Positions 35,601 through 43,941 of a stretch of 64,000 nt of DNA are shown piece by piece. The translations under genes were made by a program, and so were the position numbers. Origin of the DNA: Octopus bimaculoides (taxonomy: Eukaryota); assembly GCF_001194135.2 (NCBI RefSeq), contig NC_068998.1:1426716-1490715 (forward strand), written 5' to 3'. Under the pieces are notes generated by a model that saw only the letters and a program-made list of their open reading frames with translations, did no database searches and had not been told where the DNA came from. Positions within the stretch are counted from its first letter, which is position 1, and every line of letters begins with the position of its first letter.

Positions 35601-38600
35601 TACCTGCTATATATCGGGGGTCAAATAAATCGTCTGCCTCCCCACTGGCCTTGTATTGATGTTACAATTTCACCTTTTATTATTAACGGAGGGTTGACAA
35701 ATGAAGTACCAGTTATATCCTGGGGGGTTAATTAAACCAGTCTTGTTCCTCGTTTACTAAAACCCATGTCCTTACTCTTCACAAATTCATTATGCAACTG
35801 TTTAATCATTGTTTGTGTGTTTTTTTTTTCTTTTCCCTTGTCAGGTGACCACTATTTATACAAAGTGACCCAGGATGTGTGGAGCAGCTCAGCTGTGGGC
35901 ATCTACTTGCAGACCGGAGTCCAGAGCACTCAGTCCAACATGATCTTGGAACTGTTCTGTCAAGTCATCAAGGAATTCTGCTTTACTGTGCTACGTACAC
36001 AAGAACAACTGGGTGCGTGGACGCTCGATTCCATTCTCTCCCGACATTTTGTCTGCTGTTGGTTTCGGTCATTGGACTGTGGTGATGCTGCGGCACTGCC
36101 TTGAAGGGTTTTAGTCAAAGAAGCCAAAAAAGCTGCAGACTAATGTTTTGGGATTTTTTCTTTTTCAGTCTGGTTTTGTTTTTTCTCTCTCTCTCTCTGT
36201 CTCTTTTGCCAAACTGCTTAGTAATGAAGACATAAACAAACCAACACTGGTTGTCAGCCAGTGGATGAATGGGTGTGGGACAAACACAGACACGAAGATG
36301 CATAAACACACACACACACACACAATGGCTTTCATAATGTGTGTCTGCCAAATTCACTGACAAGGGATTGGCTGGCCTGGGGCTATAAAAGAAGACATGT
36401 GACCAAGGGGCCACGAAGTAGGACTGAACCCAAACCACATGGTTACAAAGTGAGCATCTTGCCCCACACAGCCATGCTTGCACCTTTTCTCTTATTTGTT
36501 ACAGACTTATATTCAAAGATATAGAATCCAGCCATGACCATCCTCTTCTTTTTGTATATCCAGGACCATATTGTCCAATGTATCTTATTTTAGTTTAGGG
36601 TGTGACTTCAGGGGTATTTGGCTGTTGTTTCTACCTGGGTCAACAACCGCATAGAGACAGGGTGGAGACCCTAAGACTCTTGGAGTCGCAACCTTCTGAA
36701 TGAAGTCTGGATTTTCCGTTCAATAAAACATTTTGTGGATTCCTTAATGTCCTCTCTTTACTTTGAAATATTTTTACTCCAGTATGGCCAAAAGAGTATG
36801 ATTAGGAATACAAGAGGCTGAAATAGGGTTCATCTGAAGGATCTGTGGAGTCTCTCCCATTTGAGCCCTTACTTCTCTGCATTGAGGGGTCCCAACTCTA
36901 GCACTACAGACATGGTTAAAATGTCACAGGACAGAATCACAAGATGGATTCTTCAAGCCAAGCCAACTGGAAGGTGACCTACAGGTTGACCAAGAATGGA
37001 ATGGTTGGATGAACTCCATAGTGTCATTTGGTCATGCTTGGGAACCCAGCTGGAAAGGGAGGAGGTGCCTGAGCACTCTAACCACATGACCCTCCCAGCA
37101 ATTATGGGTGGAGAAAAATTGATGGATGCTTCCATATCTTTAATTACTTTTTCACAGTAAATAATTACATTTTTCCATATAATTAATGAAATTTTTTCCT
37201 CATCACATGTAATTCAATGTGGCGCTCACCCTTGAGGCTGAATTCTTTTCAGTTTTGTTTATTTATTAATATTGATATTTGTTCTCTTAGGTTACTTAGT
37301 CCACAGTGGTATTCGAAGGTCAAGAGGGGTCCAGGGAATGCTGCTGATGGTCCAGACTGACCACTCTGCTGATCATGCAGAAGGACGGATGGAAGCATTC
37401 TTACATTCTGTGAAGGTAACACATCATCATCATCATTATCATCATTTTCATCATCATCATTATTATTATTAGCATTTGCCTGTTGATTGGAGAACAACAT
37501 TTGGATGAGGGTTCATGCCTTTGGTGGCCAGAAAGATGAAGGGAATCTGAAAGAAAGATGGAGTGGCCATGCCTGGAATGTGTTTCACCAAAGATTTGTT
37601 AATCAGCAACAAGTGAGATTCACACACACACACACACACCCAGACCCAACAAACCCTTCCGCCCCGCCCCCTCCCTCTCTCCTTACTCAGCAACTCCTTA
37701 TTTCCACCCTTCCCCACTCTTACACCTACCTCACCCTACCACCCAATCCCTCCACCCACCATATTCTTCCCCCCTTCCCCCTCTCTCCACCATATTACAC
37801 CAGAATGTCAAATTTCATGGCCACTGAACTTGTCTCACAGAATTTATATTATGCTAAGGGGTGGGTGGGTGTTACTCCCCACCGCCACCGTTATGCTACC
37901 ACATGGCTGCCATATCGCACCTTGCTACCACCCCTCCACCACCCCGGCCTACTATTTCTAGATCTTGGCTCTTCTCTGATTCTTTATTAGTGTGTGTGTG
38001 TGTGTGTATGCATGTTCATGCCTCCATTTGTTTGTGTATGTATGTTTGTGTGTGCATGCTTGTTTCTGTATGTATGTGTGTGTGTATGCATATTTGTGCA
38101 TCCATGTGTTTATGTTTTTGTACATGTGTGTGTGTGTGCAATAGTGAGTATATATATGTGTGTGTGTGTGTGTGTTATACATTTTAAAGAGCAGTGTGGT
38201 GGTGGTGGTGGTGGTGGTAACTGATAAGATATAAAATGTCCAAAGTAGAGTGAGGAGGGGTGGGCAGTGATGCCTCACCAAGCATAGAGTGCAAGCAACA
38301 ACAACAACAATCATAATAACAATTACAACTATAATATCTTTTGGTTGATGCATGGAGAATGGACATTAATGTTAATAATAATAACAATAATAATAAATTA
38401 TTATTATTCTTATATATAACCATCTGTCGAGGACGTTAATAATGTCTGCTCTGCATCAATGCTTTCGTCCAGTTAACAGCCTCTGCAGCATCCCTTGGGA
38501 CAACAAAGTCCTCTTCTTGTTGTTGTTGTATGTACTTGTTGCATATTCTTGCTTTACGTTGTATATTAGTGTTTTTGTTATTATTATTATTGTTTTTTTT

Positions 38601-39409
38601 TTAAACTTGCATTAAAGGTGGGGGGGGTGTTATTTATAGGAGTGCATAGTGGTATGGGAGAGGGGAAGGGCCAGGAGGATGGTGGAGGTTGGTGAGGGGA
38701 TAGAGTTGTTTTTGGTGATTGTTTTTTTCCCTCCCCCCCTAATTTTTATTTTGGTTGTTGTTGTTGTTATGTCTTCTGTACCAATTCTAAATAAATCCTT
38801 TGCCAACCACGCAGAAACCATTTCATCATTTAACTGTTATTTATTCTTTTATTATTATTATTTTTTTTTTCATCATCATCAACACTACAACCATCATCAC
38901 CAACATCACTACCACCACCGCCACCATCACTGTCATCATCATCATTACCACAATCATCACCACCACCATCATCTTCACCATCACCACTGTCACCACCATC
39001 AGGATGGTGCGAGGCAAAATTGTTAGAATATTGGTCAAAATGCCTTGTTGTATTTGTTCCTGCTCCCCACCAAAGTTGACTTAGCCTCTCATCCAATGAG
39101 GTTTGATAAAGTGGAACACCAGTCAGCAACTGAAATCAATGGCAAAGACTTCACCCCTCAAANNNNNNNNNNNNNNNNNNNNNNNNNNNNNNNNNNNNNN
39201 NNNNNNNNNNNNNNNNNNNNNNNNNNNNNTGGCAGCAGCAGCAGAAGTGGGCGGTGGGGGTGGTATTAATGATGACAGTGATGGTGGAGAGAGAGTGGGG
39301 GTGCCAGAATAAATGTGATGCAATATTTTAATCATGTCCCTCTCTCTCTCTTTCATTTGTATCTGACTTTCTCCTTACCCCCCACCACTCCCTCTATTCT
39401 GTCTCACAG

Positions 39410-39449
<40 letters not shown>

Positions 39450-40652
39450 ATGATCATAAGATCTCTGTCTGTGTGTCTTTCAGAACTACTTGGACAACCT
39501 AACCGAGGACGAAGTGTCAGTGAATATCCAAGGCTGGGCAGGGAAACGCCTGGAGGCCCCCAAGGAACTCCTCACACAGAATTACAAATACTGGGTCGAG
39601 ATAACAAGTCAACAGTACAACTTTGACAGAGGTCAGTCTTCTTTGACCCACGGCTAAACATCAACAACAACAACAACAGTAACATTGTTGTTGTTGTTTA
39701 GCCCCGGGTCAGTTCTGCTTCATTATCCACTTCCCACCAATTTGCTAATCCCTGACCCTTTACCATTTAAACTGACCTTGCAGTGAATTAAAGCTGAATC
39801 AGGTGTTTGAAATATTGATAAAAAAAAAAGATGTATTAAAATTGGAATTTTTAAGAATTTTTTAAAGAGTGTAGAATTTAATATTTACTGTCTTTTAGTA
39901 AAAGCTACATGTTATCCCAAACTAATTAATAAGCAGCCTTTTTCATTATTGTATAGGTATTATCACTTATTACATCTTACATAATTATTATATAATTGTG
40001 TAATTGATTAGAATAACATTCAAGTATTTAATGGCAAAATAATGCCAAGCAGATAAACTCTTGAATTACGAAAGTCTTATTGAAACCTTCATTGTTAGCT
40101 AATTTCCAGTTTGAAGATGGCAACAAAATATTTCACTTTATTCCAACAATGGAAACAAAACTGACCATTTTTATTACATGTTCTTTGTTGTAAACCACAT
40201 TACATATTATTACATATTACATATTATATATTACATATTACATATTACATATTATTACGATACCATATTCCAATAAATTCACATCTTTCTGTGATATTCT
40301 AGACTGCATTGTTGTTTGGTACATTACTTTATCATACATTGTTATAATATGTTTCAATATAATTATCATACAATACATCATTACTATATTTTTATTGCTA
40401 TATCATATTACAATATTATTATTATTATTATGTTTGTGCTACCAGATAATATTGAAGTTGAATATTTGAAAACTCTTACCAAAGCAGACCTGATTAATTT
40501 CTATAATGTAAGTTCCTGGCATTTCAGCTTTGTCTTCCTCTGTGTGTGTGTGTGTGTGTTGAAGAGACTTTCCCTCATATACAACATCATCATCATCATC
40601 ATCAATTTTTCCATGTTGGAGTAGGTTGAATGGATGCTCACAGTCCTCAGTA

Positions 40653-40683
<31 letters not shown>

Positions 40684-41197
40684 CTTCTCTCTCTCTCTCT
40701 CTTTTCTTGGTCTCACCATCCTCTTTCTTGTTTTCTCTTTTCCTTCTTCAGTTTCTCTCCTTATCTCTTGTGTAACAAACCTAGTTAACCCATACTTGTT
40801 GAATAAACAAATTTTAATGATGATGATGTCCCCCACCCCCTACTTTTTCTCTCTGTCTCCTACTTCAACCTTCTCCTGTCCTCCCCCACCATCTTGTGTG
40901 ACACCTACTACATCTCTCTCTCTCTCTCTCTCACTCCTCAACCTTCTCCTCCTGACTCCCCCTCCACACTTTCTGTCTCTTCTACATCTCCCCCCGTTCT
41001 TGTCTAATTTCAGATCAATGTCGCCTACGATGCCATTTCTAGACATAAGTTAACTGTACATGTGGTGCCCTCTAGTGTCGTTCAGAAGGTCAACGAAACC
41101 TGCACCAAGTCCCAGGAGGGTCTCTCCCCAATTCCGCCATTCCAGAAGGTAAGAACTTGGAAAGATTTATGCGTTTATTATCTTGCTCGACATGCTT

Positions 41198-41238
<41 letters not shown>

Positions 41239-41758
41239 AGAACACATCTCTGTTGTGGGGGCCCCAGGCATAGGAGCACTGTCCCAGGTGCTCCCACACC
41301 TGGAGCAGTGCTGTTGCTACCCCTACATTATACTCAAAGTAGAAACATAAAAATATATCCATGTAAACATTAGAGTAAAACAAACCCTTTCAATAGAAAA
41401 CAATCCACAGAAAAAGGCTTGGGGCAGCCTTCAACTTCTCCAATGCAAACAGTTTTTGTCAACCAATATTTAAATGCTATTCTTTATAACTTTTCTACTT
41501 CATGTTCAACCATTAAAAATCAATTATTTCACGTTCACTCAAAGTTTCTAAAATCTTGCAATATCAACAGCCTACATTGATGTTTCTGTTTGTTTTGGAA
41601 TTTTTTTGTTTTCGATTTTGTTAAATTTTTCTCTTTTTTTTTTTTAATTTCAGCCAACTGAGATCTCTGACATCGTAGCGTTCAAACGAAGCCTTGCTCT
41701 CTACCCATTGCCCAAGCCTTTCATAGACATCACAAAAACAGCCAAATCTAAGTTGTGA
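19263..41758 (+). CDS. IDE: Insulin-degrading enzyme (insulysin, M16A metalloendopeptidase): whole spliced CDS span, 27 visible coding exons plus 1 inferred in a gap; 939 aa visible, ~980 aa with the hidden exon
   Basis: Manual translation across GT-AG junctions gives an uninterrupted frame collinear with IDE. It contains [14 protein letters not shown] (inverted HXXEH), [53 protein letters not shown] and ends SKL-stop. Confidence 0.97.
19945..20021 (+). CDS. IDE: IDE coding exon 2, zinc-binding HXXEH motif
   Basis: [26 protein letters not shown]; ctcag acceptor, gtaaga donor; HFCEH at 19983-19997. Confidence 0.97.
20307..20333 (+). CDS. IDE: IDE coding exon 3 (27-nt microexon)
   Basis: YPQENEYSK (cf. 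YPKENEYSQ); long pyrimidine tract + ttccag, donor gtgaga; phase 0/0. Confidence 0.92.
20722..20825 (+). CDS. IDE: IDE coding exon 4
   Basis: [35 protein letters not shown]; tttgcag / gtgagt. Confidence 0.95.
21060..21320 (+). repeat. Degenerate ~55-60-bp tandem units (gcacgtgaaaagcaccattcgagcgtgatcgttgccagtg), probably the internal VNTR of SINE family B
   Basis: 3-4 imperfect copies of cacgtgaaaa..cattcg..gttgccagtg visible. Confidence 0.6.
21404..21573 (+). CDS. IDE: IDE coding exon 5 (third zinc ligand Glu)
   Basis: [57 protein letters not shown]; 170 nt. Confidence 0.96.
21697..21850 (+). mobile_element. SINE family A, degenerate 5' half
   Basis: gcaccttggacaagtgtcttc...gaagccttgtg; runs into (TA)(CA)n and then the gap. 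Confidence 0.6.
21918..22698 (+). other. IDE: Assembly gap inferred to hide IDE coding exon 6 (~123 nt)
   Basis: The ~41-aa segment between RFGTG and ESLDEL is absent from the sequenced flanks; both neighbouring junctions are phase 1. Confidence 0.75.
23039..23151 (+). CDS. IDE: IDE coding exon 7
   Basis: [38 protein letters not shown]; ctttcag / gtaggt. Confidence 0.94.
23515..23556 (-). ncRNA. Degenerate type I hammerhead-like motif (probable Penelope pseudo-LTR relic)
   Basis: CTGATGA-A-GGAT(TGA)ATCC-AAAAC-GTT on the minus strand; G12 to A at a former CpG. Confidence 0.45.
23931..24020 (+). CDS. IDE: IDE coding exon 8
   Basis: [30 protein letters not shown]; ctttcag / gtaagt. Confidence 0.95.
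24187..24259 (+). CDS. IDE: IDE coding exon 9
   Basis: [25 protein letters not shown]; ttttcag / gtaact. Confidence 0.95.
24345..24690 (-). mobile_element. SINE family A, degenerate
   Basis: Both halves recognisable around an internal (TA/CA)n tract. Confidence 0.7.
24769..24861 (+). CDS. IDE: IDE coding exon 10
   Basis: [31 protein letters not shown]; cttttcag / gtaagt. Confidence 0.95.
26316..26407 (+). CDS. IDE: IDE coding exon 11
   Basis: [31 protein letters not shown]; ctttcag / gttggt. Confidence 0.95.
26685..26815 (-). mobile_element. SINE family A, 5' half
   Basis: atgatgggcttctttcag...ccaaatcc...gccatgcagtgggacagaacc. Confidence 0.7.
27157..27237 (+). CDS. IDE: IDE coding exon 12
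   Basis: [27 protein letters not shown]; ttacag / gtaagc. Confidence 0.95.
27371..27474 (+). CDS. IDE: IDE coding exon 13
   Basis: [35 protein letters not shown]; cctgtag / gtgagt. Confidence 0.93.
28157..28259 (+). CDS. IDE: IDE coding exon 14
   Basis: [34 protein letters not shown]; AAG acceptor after pyrimidine tract / gttagt. Confidence 0.93.
28318..28686 (-). mobile_element. SINE family A, near full length
   Basis: Tail tacttgtttcagtcattagactgcagccatgctggagcacc through head; CpGs decayed. Confidence 0.8.
28829..28924 (+). CDS. IDE: IDE coding exon 15
   Basis: [32 protein letters not shown]; ttacag / gtaagt. Confidence 0.95.
29030..29760. repeat. Degenerate minisatellite (tataac.gctct.tgagtatc) interrupted by a SINE-B
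   Basis: Motif at ~29131, 29174, 29269, 29343, 29392; gagtatctctcagttatat resumes at ~29695. Confidence 0.6.
29413..29620 (-). mobile_element. SINE family B 3' part
   Basis: (CAT)n cgtttaacgtccgttttccatgctggcatgggttggac...cccttcctaacgcc...gtgtagtgggtgc. Confidence 0.8.
29843..29869 (+). CDS. IDE: IDE coding exon 16 (27-nt microexon)
   Basis: SSPLPEIIK (cf. ATPYPALIK); very long T tract + ttttcag, donor gtcagt; phase 0/0. Confidence 0.85.
29925..30140 (+). mobile_element. SINE family C, older degenerate copy (another fragment at ~25650-25745)
   Basis: ttctgggttcaaattctgccaagg..aactttgcc...aataagtaccagttgagcactggggtc. Confidence 0.7.
30257..30432 (+). mobile_element. SINE family C, 5'-truncated, CpG-intact copy
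   Basis: ttctgagttcaaattccgccgaggtcgactttgcctttcatcctttcggggtcgataaattaagtaccag...gcaataaagaaataag. Confidence 0.8.
30622..30704 (+). CDS. IDE: IDE coding exon 17
   Basis: [28 protein letters not shown]; ctctcag / gtacgt. Confidence 0.96.
30904..31048 (+). CDS. IDE: IDE coding exon 18
   Basis: [48 protein letters not shown]; tttcag / gtgagt; 145 nt. Confidence 0.95.
31835..31935 (+). repeat. Interspersed repeat family F (gacctgc..gaaatagcagc.aaatctccctc); copies at ~3700-3795, 19500-19575, 25030-25080 on + and 36525-36650 on -
   Basis: Shared ctagaaatagc/aaat..cctcaa..cacac motif seen five times; class unresolved. Confidence 0.5.
33128..33238 (+). CDS. IDE: IDE coding exon 19
   Basis: [37 protein letters not shown]; ctttcag / gtaagt. 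Confidence 0.96.
33646..33766 (+). CDS. IDE: IDE coding exon 20
   Basis: [40 protein letters not shown]; tgtgcag / gtatgg. Confidence 0.96.
34061..34152 (+). CDS. IDE: IDE coding exon 21
   Basis: [31 protein letters not shown]; tttccag / gtaaat. Confidence 0.95.
34270..34481. mobile_element. MITE-like element (second partial copy at ~13930-14085)
   Basis: Inverted ends TTAGCATTT / AAATGCTAA; internal ttaagccagc.agatc..cacacctaccctaca.tgtcattcta shared with 13945-14000. Confidence 0.55.
34726..34834 (+). CDS. IDE: IDE coding exon 22
   Basis: [37 protein letters not shown]; ctccag / gtaagg. Confidence 0.93.
34903..35030 (-). mobile_element. SINE family B 3' end
   Basis: catcgtttaacatccgctttccatgctggcatggg... 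Confidence 0.7.
35845..36012 (+). CDS. IDE: IDE coding exon 23
   Basis: [56 protein letters not shown]; ttgtcag / gtgcgt. Confidence 0.95.
36058..36480 (-). mobile_element. SINE family A, near full length, degenerate
   Basis: Starts ~45 nt after the IDE exon 23 donor; head, internal (CA)n and tail present. Confidence 0.75.
36800..37075 (+). mobile_element. Decayed RTE-clade LINE ORF C-terminus in an IDE intron
   Basis: [13 protein letters not shown] / [13 protein letters not shown] / [24 protein letters not shown], cf. IQAAEM.FLRRI.G, LLLRIE.SQLRW.GH, GKR.RGRPR.RW.D; TGA stops at former CGA codons. Confidence 0.7.
37291..37415 (+). CDS. IDE: IDE coding exon 24
   Basis: [41 protein letters not shown]; ctcttag / gtaaca. 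Confidence 0.94.
39484..39631 (+). CDS. IDE: IDE coding exon 25
   Basis: [50 protein letters not shown]; ctttcag / gtcagt. Confidence 0.94.
40446..40507 (+). CDS. IDE: IDE coding exon 26
   Basis: [21 protein letters not shown]; taccag / gtaagt. Confidence 0.94.
41014..41148 (+). CDS. IDE: IDE coding exon 27
   Basis: [45 protein letters not shown]; tttcag / gtaaga. Confidence 0.88.
41654..41758 (+). CDS. IDE: IDE last coding exon, ends in PTS1 tripeptide SKL
   Basis: [34 protein letters not shown]; tttcag acceptor, TGA at 41756-41758. Confidence 0.95.
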   Translation, partial: PTEISDIVAFKRSLALYPLPKPFIDITKTAKSKL

Positions 41759-42907
41759 GTCACGCGACGCCACTGACTGTTCACCTTTCCTCTTCAGCTC
41801 TTCTCACTTTTAATCTTTTTTAGTTCCCATTTGCTCTATTTGAGAGCAAACTGTTAACCTTCAGCAAACAGTACCGTCACTCTCAACACTGCCGATATAT
41901 ACATATATATACATATATATACATATATATATATNNNNNNNNNNNNNNNNNNNNNNNNNNNNNNNNNNNNNNNNNNNNNNNNNNNNNNNNNNNNNNNNNN
42001 NNNNNNNNNNNNNNNNNNNNNNNNNNNNNNNNNNNNNNNNNNNNNNNNNNNNNNNNNNNNNNNNNNNNNNNNNNNNNNNNNNNNNNNNNNNNNNNNNNNN
42101 NNNNNNNNNNNNNNNNNNNNNNNNNNNNNNNNNNNNNNNNNNNNNNNNNNNNNNNNNNNNNNNNNNNNNNNNNNNNNNNNNNNNNNNNNNNNNNNNNNNN
42201 NNNNNNNNNNNNNNNNNNNNNNNNNNNNNNNNNNNNNNNNNNNNNNNNNNNNNNNNNNNNNNNNNNNNNNNNNNNNNNNNNNNNNNNNNNNNNNNNNNNN
42301 NNNNNNNNNNNNNNNNNNNNNNNNNNNNNNNNNNNNNNNNNNNNNNNNNNNNNNNNNNNNNNNNNNNNNNNNNNNNNNNNNNNNNNNNNNNNNNNNNNNN
42401 NNNNNNNNNNNNNNNNNNNNNNNNNNNNNNNNNNNNNNNNNNNNNNNNNNNNNNNNNNNNNNNNNNNNNNNNNNNNNNNNNNNNNNNNNNNNNNNNNNNN
42501 NNNNNNNNNNNNNNNNNNNNNNNNNNNNNNNNNNNNNNNNNNNNNNNNNNNNNNNNNNNNNNNNNNNNNNNNNNNNNNNNNNNNNNNNNNNNNNNNNNNN
42601 NNNNNNNNNNNNNNNNNNNNNNNNNNNNNNNNNNNNNNNNNNNNNNNNNNNNNNNNNNNNNNNNNNNNNNNNNNNNNNATATATATATATATATATATAT
42701 AATGTATGTATCTATTGCCAAATGAAGTGTATTTTACACAACTCCATCATTACTTGAAAAGAAAACAATTATTAAACAATCAAGATTGATGAAGGTATTT
42801 CAACCAGAAAGCAATATTATACACCTGTATGTGTATGTATGCATGTATACGTGTGTATATATGTATGTACATTTGTATGTATGTGTGTGTGTGTGTGTGT
42901 ATATTAT

Positions 42908-43084
42908 CATCGTCTAAAATCCACTTTCCATGCCAGCATGGGTTGGACAGTTTGACAGGAGCTGGCCACGCAGACTTCTGCGTCTGTTTTGGCAGACACA
43001 GAAGTTTGGTGCAAGCTCCAGCCTGGCCAATTTCTGTCAAGCCGTCCAACCCTTCTGAGCATAGAAGGCGGACATTAAACAATG
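42908..43084. repeat. Fold-back (inverted) pair of SINE-B 3' ends forming a long hairpin
   Basis: 42940-42958 pairs with 43034-43052 (19 bp, one A-C mismatch, one G-U). 42971-42986 pairs with 42993-43008 (16 bp, one A-C, one G-U), loop TTTTGG. Outer arms extend to 42908/43084. Confidence 0.85.
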
Positions 43085-43265
43085 ACCCTGATATCTATAT
43101 CTATATATATATACAGGTACATAGATCGATTGATGTACACACATGTATATATATACATATATACACACTCACAGAAACGTATATATGTGTGTGTGTGTGT
43201 GTGTATAGTTATATAAGTATACACATATATGTGTAAAACAAATAAGCACACAGAGATACATGCTC

Positions 43266-43351
<86 letters not shown>

Positions 43352-43935
43352 ATATGCACATGTGTATATATATATATGCATGGGTATGTACATGTGTGTA
43401 TACATATGTATACTATATATATATATATATATATATATATGTAAAACAAACATGTAAGTACACACATGTATCTACAATATATATATGTATATATACACAT
43501 ATACATATATATATAAACATTTGTCGTCAGTTCAGAATGGGTGTCTTTCTTAAATATATTGTAATTTAGAATATAAAATTATTTATCAGCAACTTCTACG
43601 CCTTTTATTATTTTCTTTTATTTATGCTTTCTTTGTTTAGCTTTGTTGTTGATTTTTATAAATTTTTTTCCCTAAATGACAGGAACACCTGAAAATGATT
43701 TCAATGTCAACCTATTTGTTTGCATTTAATTCTCCATCCCTTGACTCCAGTGAGGGGTAGGGGTACTCGGTTAACCCTAATTAGAATTGTTAGTTTCAGG
43801 TTTTCCAGTTTATATGATCAGAAATACATTTATCAGATGTGTTACGTAAGAAGAATCTTGAGGATCTGATCAAAAACTTTGCAATTAAAATATATTGAAG
43901 CAGACTTTTTCAAATATAAAATGGAAGTCTATAAA

Positions 43936-43941
43936 AATAAA
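43936..43941 (+). promoter_or_regulatory. Candidate IDE polyadenylation signal (AATAAA)
   Basis: First AATAAA I found after the stop codon in sequenced DNA, followed by a U-rich tract. An ATTAAA occurs near 42772, and the 41935-42678 gap could hide an earlier signal. Confidence 0.35.
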
